The position numbers and the translations under genes were made by a program. Positions 20,556 through 30,608 of a stretch of DNA of 64,000 nucleotides are shown one piece after another. This stretch comes from a bacterium. Its GTDB lineage: Bacteria; Electryoneota; JAOADG01. Each line of letters begins with the position of its first letter. The first letter of the stretch is position 1. Under the pieces are notes generated by a model. That model was not told the origin of the DNA, searched no databases, and worked only from the letters and a program-made list of their open reading frames with translations. The DNA lies in contig OY820579.1 in the NCBI GenBank assembly GCA_963681965.1, forward strand, positions 320,001-384,000, read 5' to 3'.

Positions 20556-20713
20556 ATTGAGTTTAACTGACCATTTACTTTTCAAATAGTACCAATTATT
20601 TACGAGTTAGCACGAACTATTACCAATCTAAATGAAAATTTATCGGGTTGTATTGGTAATAATCGGGCAAACTTGTTATTTTGTCCTGATTAATCACGCA
20701 GAAGGGAGCTGTG

Positions 20714-21388
20714 ATGTCAGAATTCGATTTTGAAAGCCAAGTCCCGTTCGGCGCCGATAGTTTCGCCGACAACCCCGACCCCCGTGTCGCCTGCTTGTTG
20801 TTGCTGGATACGTCCGGCTCGATGAAAGGTGCGCCAATCCAAGGGCTCAACGAAGCACTGCAAATTTTCCGCGACGAAATCCTCGCCGATTCCCTTGCCG
20901 CCAAGCGCGTCGAAATCGGTATTGTGACATTCGGACCGGTTCAAGTCGTTACCCACTTTACCTCACCCGACACGTTCATCACTCCGATTCTGGTAGCCGG
21001 CGGCGATACGCCGATCGGCGAAGCGATTCGGGTTGGACTCGATTTGCTACAGGAGCGGAAAGACGAATACCGGGCAAACGGGATTTCCTATTATCGCCCG
21101 TGGGTGTTCTTGATGACCGATGGTTCGCCCACCGACGACTGGATGGCAGGCGCGGAACTGGTGAAAGAAGCGGAAGCATCGAAGGCACTAGCATTCTTCC
21201 CGGTCGGTGTCGAAGGTGCCAATATGGATATTCTGCGCAAATTATCGATCCGCGAACCACTGAAGCTTCACGGTCTGAAATTCCGCGAATTCTTCCTCTG
21301 GTTGACTGCCTCCATGAGCGGCGTGGCACGTACCGAACCCGGTATGCCGGTGCAGATCGAAAGTCCGAAAGGTTGGGCCGAAGTTTGA
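20714..21388 (+). CDS. TerY/YegL-like vWA-domain protein
   Basis: MIDAS DTSGSM, GGDTP, YYRPWVFLMTDG.PTD, FREFFLWL...S. Confidence 0.9.
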   Translation: MSEFDFESQVPFGADSFADNPDPRVACLLLLDTSGSMKGAPIQGLNEALQIFRDEILADSLAAKRVEIGIVTFGPVQVVTHFTSPDTFITPILVAGGDTPIGEAIRVGLDLLQERKDEYRANGISYYRPWVFLMTDGSPTDDWMAGAELVKEAEASKALAFFPVGVEGANMDILRKLSIREPLKLHGLKFREFFLWLTASMSGVARTEPGMPVQIESPKGWAEV

Positions 21389-22149
21389 GTTGGAAATACA
21401 CCTACACTTCGGTTATCGGCACCTCCCACATCGCATCCGGCACCGAGTGCCAGGATTTTTGCATGGTCGAGACGTTCGTCGCACCGAATGGCGAATCGTA
21501 TTTTCTGGCATTTGCCTCCGATGGATCCGGGTCCGCACCGCGCAGCCGTGAAGGTTCGGAAATGGCGTGCCGCACGGTATTCAAACATTTTACCGAATCG
21601 ATTGCGAAGCTCGGCAGCACCAAGAATTTCACCGAAAAAGAAGTGGTGCACTGCGTATACGAAACAGTACAGGAAATTCGCCATCACGCCTATGCCGAAA
21701 GTCGCACTCCGAAAGATTACGCTTGCACGATCATCGGCGTGATCATCGGACCGCACAACACGATTTGCATTCAACTCGGTGACGGTGCGATCGTTATCAG
21801 CAATCGCAACATCTTCGGGGTCGTTTTCCGTCCCGATTCCGGTGAATATGTCAATGCGACATTCTATCTTACCGATGCGAACGGAATGGAAAATCTCAAG
21901 ATTCAATTCATCGATTATCAGCTTGAACAATTCGCCCTCTTCACCGACGGCATCCAACCGTTAGCCGTCAAAATGGCAGATTTGACGCCGCATGTACCGT
22001 TCTTCGAACCGATGCTGCAGTATATGCGCAATCCGAAAATGTTCAACCAGAACACGATCAATGCCGACCTTGCCAAATTCCTTGGCACCGAGAAAGTCAA
22101 TCAGCGGACTGAAGACGACAAAACTTTGATTTTGGCTACTCGATTATGA
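21385..22149 (+). CDS. PP2C-like phosphatase (YegK-like) of the TerY-P triad
   Basis: TTG start overlapping the TerY stop (TTGA); SVIGTSH, CQD, ASDGSGSA, QLGDG, GEYVNATF, FTDG, RTEDDKTL. Confidence 0.88.
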   Translation: MSWKYTYTSVIGTSHIASGTECQDFCMVETFVAPNGESYFLAFASDGSGSAPRSREGSEMACRTVFKHFTESIAKLGSTKNFTEKEVVHCVYETVQEIRHHAYAESRTPKDYACTIIGVIIGPHNTICIQLGDGAIVISNRNIFGVVFRPDSGEYVNATFYLTDANGMENLKIQFIDYQLEQFALFTDGIQPLAVKMADLTPHVPFFEPMLQYMRNPKMFNQNTINADLAKFLGTEKVNQRTEDDKTLILATRL

Positions 22150-24086
22150 GCGAAACCACTTATTTCGACAGCGCGGGCAACAAGCTCGGCTTGGGTAAAG
22201 AACTCGGTCGTGGCGGCGAAGGCGCAGTCTTCGAAACCACCGAATCGCCCGAGCAATTGGTCGCAAAAATCTACCACAAACCCCTCTCGAAAGAGAAACA
22301 GGACAAGATCCTGACGATGGTGGACAATCGCAGCGACGATTTAGTGAAAGTCGCAGCGTGGCCGGTGGCAGCGATCCACAGCGGGAAAGCGAAGGGACCG
22401 ATCTGCGGCTTTATGATGCCGAAAGCGGTCGGCTTCGAACCGATCCACCACTTGTATAGTCCGGGCAGCCGCAAGCAACTATTCCCCGATGCCAACTGGG
22501 CATTCCTGATTCACGCCGCGCGAAACATCGCAATGTCGATTGCGACAATTCACAGTCACGGGCATGTGGTCGGCGATATCAATCAGGGCAATTTGCTGAT
22601 CTCGAAAGGGGCAATCTCCAAATTAATCGATTGCGACTCGTTCCAGATTCAATCGACCGAAACAAAATTTCTTTGCGGTGTCGGTGTCGGACACTTTATT
22701 CCACCGGAGTTGCAGGATCTCGACCTGACCAACCTCGTTCGCACACCGAATCACGACAACTTCGGACTTGCGGTAGTAGTGTTCCATCTGATTATGATGG
22801 GTCGACATCCCTATTCCGGTATCTATCCGACAACGAGCGATGTGACGTTGGAAGAGGCGATCAAGGCGCACTGGTTCGCTTACGGCGAGAAAGCCGCCAA
22901 GCGCGGAATCACGCGTCCTCCCGATAGTCTATCGCTGAAATTACTGCCGGATACTATTGCCGAGATGTTTCTGAAGGCATTCTCAAAAGAAGGCGCTGCC
23001 GACGATGGACGACCTACCGCGAAAGATTGGGTCAACGAACTCGGCAAGCTGGAACATTCGCTGAATATCTGCGATAAAGTACCGATCCACCGCTACTACA
23101 ACGGGCTACAAAAATGTCCGTGGTGCGAAGCGGAAATGGCGCGGAAGCTGATCTACTTCGTCGACAAATCGCTCCCGACACTTTCAACGACCTTCGATTT
23201 CAAGAAAGTCCGCAAGCAGGTTGCCGAGATTCGCTCACCCGGACCGGCACCGGAAGTACCGTTACCGGAGAAAATTGTACCGAAAGCATTGCCACCACGC
23301 CTCGTGAAAGCGAAACAGTTTTCGATTATTCGCAAGATCCTTGCGGTACTAGCAATCGGCGCGACGTTCTACTTCCTCGGGGCGTGGTATCTGCTGTTTG
23401 TCGCACCACTCGCCATCTGGTTTGCGTATGTTCCGATCGACAAGACCAAAGAGTTGAGCGTGCGAACGCTGGCGTACGAGAATGTCAATCGCGGATATCT
23501 TGACGTCGCTTCCGATTGGAAAGTGAATGCCGGCGAATCGCGATTCATCAAACAACAGACCGAATTGAGTACGCTGCTCTTCGATTATCGGGATCTGCCC
23601 AATTGGATGGATAAAGAGCGCGAGGCGATGGTGATGGGAGTTAAAGACCGGCAGTTGCAGCGCTACCTTGCCACCTATTTGATTGCGGATTACGATATTC
23701 CGAATATCGGGTCGTCGCAAAAAATGGTTTTGACGTCGTTCAGTATCGAGAATGCGTCCGATATCGAGTGGTCGAAAGTGTTCAACGTCAAGGGATTCAC
23801 GACGGTGATGTCGGATTCGCTGCTCGCGTGGAAAAAGGATCTCGAAGACAAATTCGTCTATGACGAGAGCAAAGGCGTCGAGAAGGAAGACGAAGTCGCC
23901 TTTATGAAGAATTATTACACGCGACGAAAACAACTCGAAACCGCGATTCTCGAAAATGTCGAAGCGTTGATTAAAGTCAAGCAGGAGATTCTCGATTTAC
24001 GCGAATCGATGCTGGAAAACGTGACCAATGCGGCGCGCGAGCGCGCACAGGCGAAAGCGGATATGGAGTTGATCGAGAATTATTAA
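22146..24086 (+). CDS. Ser/Thr kinase with HhH-like C-terminus (YegI-like) of the TerY-P triad
   Basis: GRGGEG, VAKIY, HVVGDIN, IDCDSFQ, PPELQ, DNFGLA, CPWC, TM hairpin, IPNIG. Confidence 0.88.
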   Translation: MSETTYFDSAGNKLGLGKELGRGGEGAVFETTESPEQLVAKIYHKPLSKEKQDKILTMVDNRSDDLVKVAAWPVAAIHSGKAKGPICGFMMPKAVGFEPIHHLYSPGSRKQLFPDANWAFLIHAARNIAMSIATIHSHGHVVGDINQGNLLISKGAISKLIDCDSFQIQSTETKFLCGVGVGHFIPPELQDLDLTNLVRTPNHDNFGLAVVVFHLIMMGRHPYSGIYPTTSDVTLEEAIKAHWFAYGEKAAKRGITRPPDSLSLKLLPDTIAEMFLKAFSKEGAADDGRPTAKDWVNELGKLEHSLNICDKVPIHRYYNGLQKCPWCEAEMARKLIYFVDKSLPTLSTTFDFKKVRKQVAEIRSPGPAPEVPLPEKIVPKALPPRLVKAKQFSIIRKILAVLAIGATFYFLGAWYLLFVAPLAIWFAYVPIDKTKELSVRTLAYENVNRGYLDVASDWKVNAGESRFIKQQTELSTLLFDYRDLPNWMDKEREAMVMGVKDRQLQRYLATYLIADYDIPNIGSSQKMVLTSFSIENASDIEWSKVFNVKGFTTVMSDSLLAWKKDLEDKFVYDESKGVEKEDEVAFMKNYYTRRKQLETAILENVEALIKVKQEILDLRESMLENVTNAARERAQAKADMELIENY

Positions 24087-24108
24087 TCGAATAGAGTTAT
24101 TTTTTATT

Positions 24109-24143
24109 CAAACAGCCGGATCGTAGGACCCGGCTGTTTGTTT
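24109..24143 (+). terminator. Terminator after the kinase gene
   Basis: CAAACAGCCGG...CCGGCTGTTTG followed by TTT. Confidence 0.6.
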
Positions 24144-24183
24144 AGATTTCGAGACACACGTGTCCTGCATACCGAATAAGATC

Positions 24184-24232
24184 AGATTGCCACACTTCGT
24201 CAGCCGTTCGGCTGACTTCGTTCGCAATGACA
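24184..24232 (-). repeat. TGTC/CGTC-family REP-like element
   Basis: Reverse complement TGTCATTGCGAA...hairpin...TGTGGCAATCT; same ends as 26623-26661 and 27618-27653. Confidence 0.75.
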
Positions 24233-24239
24233 GACAATT

Positions 24240-24740
24240 CTACTCACCTTGATATTTCACCCACTTCTCGGTACGACCGATGAGCGAGATGCCGATGTAA
24301 CCGCGCACATCGAGGTGCGTCGGGTCGGCTAATTTCATTGTACACTTGTAGGTCTTGCCGCTCTTCGGATCGTAGATCGTTCCATCTTCCCAAGTATTGG
24401 TTCCCGTCGCGGTGAATCCCCGCAGGATTGTCAACCCCAACACCGGACGGTCGCGCAGCGATGTGATCGGATTCTTCCGGTCATGTTTGACAACACTGGC
24501 ATCGGGATCGTCGGCGGGATATTTCTCGTGTAACAACCAGACAATTTTCCCCTGCAACTTGCCGTCTGAAGTGTGTGAAATTTCGATGCGGGCTTCGCCA
24601 TCGGACGTCGTCCATTGCCCGAGGACGGGCTCAGTCGGCGTGGTCGCATCGGCTGCGAGCGTGCGATTTGCGGCGCATAGCAACGTTATGGCAAGTGCGA
24701 TCATACATGCGATTGAATAGTAGGGATGACGTCGATTCAT
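24240..24740 (-). CDS. DUF2147-family exported protein
   Basis: GQWTT, GKIVW, WEDGTIYDPKSGKTY, LDVRGYIGISLIGRTEKW. Confidence 0.85.
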   Translation of the reverse strand: MNRRHPYYSIACMIALAITLLCAANRTLAADATTPTEPVLGQWTTSDGEARIEISHTSDGKLQGKIVWLLHEKYPADDPDASVVKHDRKNPITSLRDRPVLGLTILRGFTATGTNTWEDGTIYDPKSGKTYKCTMKLADPTHLDVRGYIGISLIGRTEKWVKYQGE

Positions 24741-24908
24741 CGGTCGGCTCCATGATTGGGATATCGCGAATATGCGGAGAATCGAGGATGATTGCAATGG
24801 ATTCGCTCGAAATCGAGTTAATATTCGAATATACCGTGTTCCGGATCTTTTTCTTCGTACCTTTAGGTGTTATTAACTCAATCAGGTAGATAACCCCGGA
24901 GAACTGTC

Positions 24909-25436
24909 ATGAAATTAAATTTGCTGGTTTCGATTCTATTGCTCCTTGTTTTTGTAACTTTCTCATTTGCTGCCGACAATCCGCAACTGCGCGGGAAGCT
25001 GGGTTTCGGATTTCAGGCGAATTCGCCGACTCCGGGATTGAGTTTTAAATATGAAATCACCGATCCGCTCCAACTGCAAGGTGTCTTCGGGATTTTCGGC
25101 GACAATACGTATTACGGCGGACGATTGCTTTACGGCTTCAAGCATGAATATCACACCGCGTATATTTTCGCAACTGCTGCCGGACGGATGATGAAGAATC
25201 AGACCTACCAGATCGCACTGCCGGGCGGGATGTATGAGACGCAGACCGCGCGACAATACGGGCAAATTTATGGTGGCGGTATCGGACTCGAGTGGTTCTT
25301 CCACAGTTTTCCGGAACTGGGTATCTGCATCGATGTCGGATTCGCGAATTACAATGAACCACCGGGCACCGCCAATTTCGCGTCTATCATCGGCGGTATC
25401 GGTCTCCATTATTATCCGGTAAAGAATAAGAAATAA
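24909..25436 (+). CDS. Small outer-membrane beta-barrel protein
   Basis: Signal peptide; Gly/aromatic alternating strands; GGIGLHYY near the C-terminus. Confidence 0.65.
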   Translation: MKLNLLVSILLLLVFVTFSFAADNPQLRGKLGFGFQANSPTPGLSFKYEITDPLQLQGVFGIFGDNTYYGGRLLYGFKHEYHTAYIFATAAGRMMKNQTYQIALPGGMYETQTARQYGQIYGGGIGLEWFFHSFPELGICIDVGFANYNEPPGTANFASIIGGIGLHYYPVKNKK

Positions 25437-25442
25437 ATTTAA

Positions 25443-25468
25443 GTAGGGGAGGGCTCCCACGCCCTCCC
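25443..25468 (+). repeat. GTAG-family REP upstream of the RAYT gene
   Basis: GTAG-GGGAGGGC-TCCCAC-GCCCTCCC. Confidence 0.85.
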
Positions 25469-25516
25469 GCGCTTGTATTTTTTTTAGTTTCCAAACATCT
25501 GCTCAGCAAGTCGAAT

Positions 25517-26362
25517 ATGTCAAATCCAGTTCGACAATCTCCCCGCTTTCCCGAATACGATTACGCGCTGACTGGAGCGTATCTGGTCACGACTTGCTCG
25601 GAAAATCGAAAATCACTTTTCGGAGTCGTGAACGATGATTCTATGGTGTTATCAGAAATCGGAAAGATGGTCGAGCAATATTGGCTTGAGATTCCTGCAC
25701 GGTTTCCAAATGTGACTTTGGATATATTTGTGATTATGCCCGATCATTTGCATGGAATTATTTTTTTGCATCAGAATTTAGATGAAGAAATTAGAATCGC
25801 AAACCAAAAAAGAGAAAGTAGGGGAGGGCTCGTGAGCCCTCCCTCATTAGAGAAAACAGGTAAATCTACAAACCAGGATTTTTCTACACAAAAGAATACT
25901 CATACGGGAGGGCTCGTGAGCCCTCCCTCATTAGAGAAAACAGGTAAACATACAAACCAGGATTTTTCTACACAAAAGAATACTCAAACGGGAGGGCTCG
26001 TGAGCCCTCCCTCATTAGAGAAAACAGGTAAATCTACAAACCAGGATTTTTCTACACAAAAGAATACTCATACGGGAGGGCTCACGAGCCCTCCCCTACT
26101 GAACCTAAAAAAAGACACGAGTCTACCCCAAGTAATACAATGGTTCAAATCGAAAACGACCTACCGATATCAACAATTTATTAAAAACGACAAAGAGATT
26201 GTTCGCACTAATCAAGATAATGATACTGAATCACATATCCGATTATGGCAACGCTCCTACGCAGACAGAATCATCCGCAATGAATACGAATTGAATCAGA
26301 AACGAAAATATATTCTTGAGAATCCACTACGGTGGTCGTTGAAGAATTCAGGTAAGATGTGA
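25517..26362 (+). mobile_element. REP-associated tyrosine transposase (RAYT, IS200/Y1 HUH family)
   Basis: YDY...GAYLVT; HUH motif MPDHLHGII; WQRSYADRIIRNE...YILENPLRW; flanked by GTAG REPs at 25443 and 26385. Confidence 0.9.
25818..26099. repeat. In-frame 84-bp tandem array (3 units plus closing REP) inside the RAYT gene
   Basis: GGGAGGGCTCGTGAGCCCTCCC at 25822, 25906 and 25990, inverted copy at 26074 ending CTAC; period exactly 84 bp = 28 aa. Confidence 0.95.
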
Positions 26363-26384
26363 TAATCTCGGAATCGTAAAACCA

Positions 26385-26410
26385 GTAGGGGCGGGCTCCC
26401 ACGCCCGCCC
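26385..26410 (+). repeat. GTAG-family REP downstream of the RAYT gene
   Basis: GTAG-GGGCGGGC-TCCCAC-GCCCGCCC. Confidence 0.85.
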
Positions 26411-26622
26411 GTTCTTTTATCTTTTTCTTGTTTTTTATGTCTTTTTGTTCTTGTGTCCTGATTGTGTCTTTGCGAGGAAAACCTTGCGACAGCGAAGCGG
26501 CAAGGTTTAGCGAACTCCGATGAATCTTGTAAATATCTGGTTCGCAATGAACGAAGTAACATCCGCCAGCCGGCGGATTTACGAAGTGAATGACGAAGTA
26601 ATCTCCGCTTGCGTTCTTGATC

Positions 26623-26661
26623 TGTCATTGCGAACCCAGCGAAAGCTGGGTGTGGCAATCT
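26623..26661 (+). repeat. TGTC/CGTC-family REP-like element (left arm around the AT-rich gene)
   Basis: TGTCATTGCGAA-CCCAGCGAAAGCTGGG-TGTGGCAATCT; a degenerate relative lies at about 26464-26604. Confidence 0.75.
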
Positions 26662-26706
26662 ACGTTTGTATTTTTTTATTGTGGTTTTGAGAATACTACT
26701 CGGTTA

Positions 26707-27552
26707 CTATGTTCTCTTTAACCAAGGAATCGAAAGATCTTCAAATTCTCTTTGAAAGGGTACAATAAAATTTCGATTATTCAGTCTCTGGTAATGCTTA
26801 TAAGCAAGGAACAGAAAAATAGATGATGTTTCATAACAGCGATTAGTACATTTTAATCTGTTTTGTTCAGTAAGAAACATCTGACTCAAGCACTGACCCT
26901 TCGTGTGAACATGCCAAGATGATATCGAATAAAATTGATTGAACATTTTATCAGTTAGACCCGCCTCTAGTGCAATATCTGAAACAATTTTATATAGTCC
27001 TCGAGAATATAGCTTTTTCAACTCCTTTTTCTTTTTTTCTTTGATATAAGTTTGATGAAATTTATTTTCATTGAGCTTTCCAACCAAACCATCACACTGT
27101 TTTTGAATTGATAACCTCTCGCTTGCGAATCTATCAGTGCTTTGCTCTGATTGAAATTGAGTTTGACGATCCAACTTGTCGTGATAAACATATAGAATTT
27201 GTCTTGCTTTCAGGCAATCGCTGTCCTTCTCAGGATTGGTTAAATAGAATATTATCAGATAAGCTTCCACGATAGAACGTGTTATGCCCCACATTGTAGA
27301 TATATCCCAAATATCGTGGAATCCATTATAAAAAACCCTTGATTGAGGATGAATGCGTAGAAGAGACACAAAATTCCAACACATTTTTATTAACAGTGAT
27401 TCTTCAATTTTAAAAATCAATTTTCCATCTTCTGATCGGATATAAACATTTTCTCCAATCTGTATACTTTGTCCAAGATCTTTGTACAGTGTTTCAAAGA
27501 CTGATTCAAGTAATGCCTCTACTTTATCAAATTTCATATTTTGCTCATCCAT
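26707..27552 (-). CDS. AT-rich hypothetical protein, DUF5677-like
   Basis: 281-aa ORF with RBS GGAGG; motifs RSIVEAYLIIFYL and YSISSWHVH resemble the DUF5677 RxxxE / YxxxSxxxH pattern; visibly AT-rich. Confidence 0.55.
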   Translation of the reverse strand: MDEQNMKFDKVEALLESVFETLYKDLGQSIQIGENVYIRSEDGKLIFKIEESLLIKMCWNFVSLLRIHPQSRVFYNGFHDIWDISTMWGITRSIVEAYLIIFYLTNPEKDSDCLKARQILYVYHDKLDRQTQFQSEQSTDRFASERLSIQKQCDGLVGKLNENKFHQTYIKEKKKKELKKLYSRGLYKIVSDIALEAGLTDKMFNQFYSISSWHVHTKGQCLSQMFLTEQNRLKCTNRCYETSSIFLFLAYKHYQRLNNRNFIVPFQREFEDLSIPWLKRT

Positions 27553-27617
27553 ACAACCCTCCTCTGATTAAAAGCACAATGCATTTTTCGATAATCACTA
27601 ACTGAAAAATTATAAAC

Positions 27618-27653
27618 AGATTGCCACAGCCCCTTCGGGACTTCGCAACGACA
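27618..27653 (-). repeat. TGTC/CGTC-family REP-like element (right arm)
   Basis: Reverse complement TGTCGTTGCGAA-GTCCCGAAGGGGC-TGTGGCAATCT. Confidence 0.75.
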
Positions 27654-27672
27654 TATCAAGACACCAAGACAC

Positions 27673-27696
27673 GGGCGGTTCGCGAACCGCCCCTAC
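27673..27696 (-). repeat. GTAG-family REP
   Basis: Reverse complement GTAG-GGGCGGTTCGCGAACCGCCC; identical copies at 29499 and 32972. Confidence 0.85.
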
Positions 27697-27701
27697 CCAA
27701 C

Positions 27702-27737
27702 AAAAAAATATACAGGCGGCACTTCCGTGCCGCCTGT
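27702..27737 (-). terminator. Terminator of groEL
   Basis: ACAGGCGGCAC/GTGCCGCCTGT stem with an A run on +. Confidence 0.75.
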
Positions 27738-27759
27738 GAAGTATCGCGCTGAATTATTT

Positions 27760-29394
<1,635 letters not shown>

Positions 29395-29498
29395 TGCAGT
29401 TATCTCTCCCTTAGGATTATTTATCAAATATCAATTGCGTTGCAGTTACCCGCGTTCGATGGCAATCGTTCAAGCTGGTTTCCGGTTTCGCAGGACAC

Positions 29499-29522
29499 GG
29501 GCGGTTCGCGAACCGCCCCTAC
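29499..29522 (-). repeat. GTAG-family REP between groES and groEL
   Basis: GGGCGGTTCGCGAACCGCCCCTAC on +. Confidence 0.85.
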
Positions 29523-29555
29523 CATTCGAATTTACGCGAGCATGCGAATGAACAA

Positions 29556-29855
29556 TTAGCCAATGATGGCAAGAATATCGCTGCGATTCAGGATCAAATA
29601 TTTCTGATGATCCCATTCGATTTCGGTTCCGCCGTACTTGCTGTGAAGAACCTTGTCGCCGACTTTGAGTACTTCACTCAATTTGGCTTTGATTTCGTTC
29701 TTGCCTTCGATGTCCATACCCAATGCCACCACTTCTGCCAAAATTGGCTTCTCTTTCACGGTGTCGGGAATGATAATGCTACCGATTTTCTTTTCTTCTT
29801 CTTGAATCGGCTTCACCAAAATGCGTTCGTCCATTGGGCGAATGGGAAGTTTCAT
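29556..29855 (-). CDS. groS: Co-chaperonin GroES
   Basis: IRPMDERILV, IIIPDTVKEKP, KVGDKVL, YGGTE; RBS GGAGGAG. Confidence 0.95.
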   Translation of the reverse strand: MKLPIRPMDERILVKPIQEEEKKIGSIIIPDTVKEKPILAEVVALGMDIEGKNEIKAKLSEVLKVGDKVLHSKYGGTEIEWDHQKYLILNRSDILAIIG

Positions 29856-29970
29856 TGCTTTTTCTCCTCCTGAGATTGTTTGATCAGTTATTAACCATTT
29901 GGAACTTTTAAGTTCCAATTTCGGATCGATCTATCTTGTTTTGATAGAATCGATGTTTTGATAATTCACA

Positions 29971-30252
29971 TCACGGGTTACAGCTTTTTTTTATTACATT
30001 TTCAAACGAGAAACCATTCTTGTCATTCATTTCCTTCAAATCCCGTTCAGCTTTCTCCATTAAAGGCTTTGCTTTTTTCTTCAAAGAATTAAGCTGATCT
30101 ATTAATCTGTCAATATCTCCCTCTACTTCAGGGATCGTCATTTGAGGTGTCAGATAGGTTGTTCCGTCTTCTTTCTTTGTGCACGAGCTTAAGACAACCT
30201 GTGCGAAAGTCAATCCATTATGTGCTACTATTTGTAAACGAACCGATGACAT
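29971..30252 (-). CDS. Small AT-rich hypothetical protein
   Basis: ATG 30252 with RBS AGGAG; coiled-coil-like EGDIDRLIDQLNSLKKKAK. Confidence 0.55.
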   Translation of the reverse strand: MSSVRLQIVAHNGLTFAQVVLSSCTKKEDGTTYLTPQMTIPEVEGDIDRLIDQLNSLKKKAKPLMEKAERDLKEMNDKNGFSFENVIKKSCNP

Positions 30253-30373
30253 CTGATCTCCTATTTTATAGAAGTAACTTTTATCAAGCATAGTCAATAA
30301 ATGGCGCGGGGAGGGGGGCTTTCGCCCCACTCGCTAACTTGTGGAAATCAATATCTCATCAATGTTTCATTTC

Positions 30374-30592
30374 TCATTTGGGTTGGAATTCTCCCCGCAG
30401 TAGCGATAGCCCGCACCAAATGTTCTTAAAGATATTTAAGTTGTACATATCAATCTCCTTTCCTAATTTCATTATCGCAAAGAATACTGGAATTATTGCG
30501 AGGAGTCCTATTTCCAACCCAAACGAGACACTGAAATAAGTGACACTGACAAGAATATTAATTTTTAACCATACCACACTTTTTGAATACAC
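30374..30592 (-). CDS. Possible small AT-rich membrane protein
   Basis: 72-aa ORF with a hydrophobic stretch; no clear RBS. Confidence 0.25.
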   Translation of the reverse strand: MYSKSVVWLKINILVSVTYFSVSFGLEIGLLAIIPVFFAIMKLGKEIDMYNLNIFKNIWCGLSLLRGEFQPK

Positions 30593-30608
30593 TAGCTCAT
30601 TGTTATAG

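Noticed and set aside
21100-21384. N-terminal 95 aa of the ORF-track PP2C call
   Set aside because: Overlaps terY in another frame; the phosphatase motifs begin at the TTG at 21385
25818-26099. CRISPR array (palindromic repeat with regular spacing)
   Set aside because: Spacers are near-identical copies, the array is in frame inside a transposase, the repeat is a GTAG REP, and no cas genes are present
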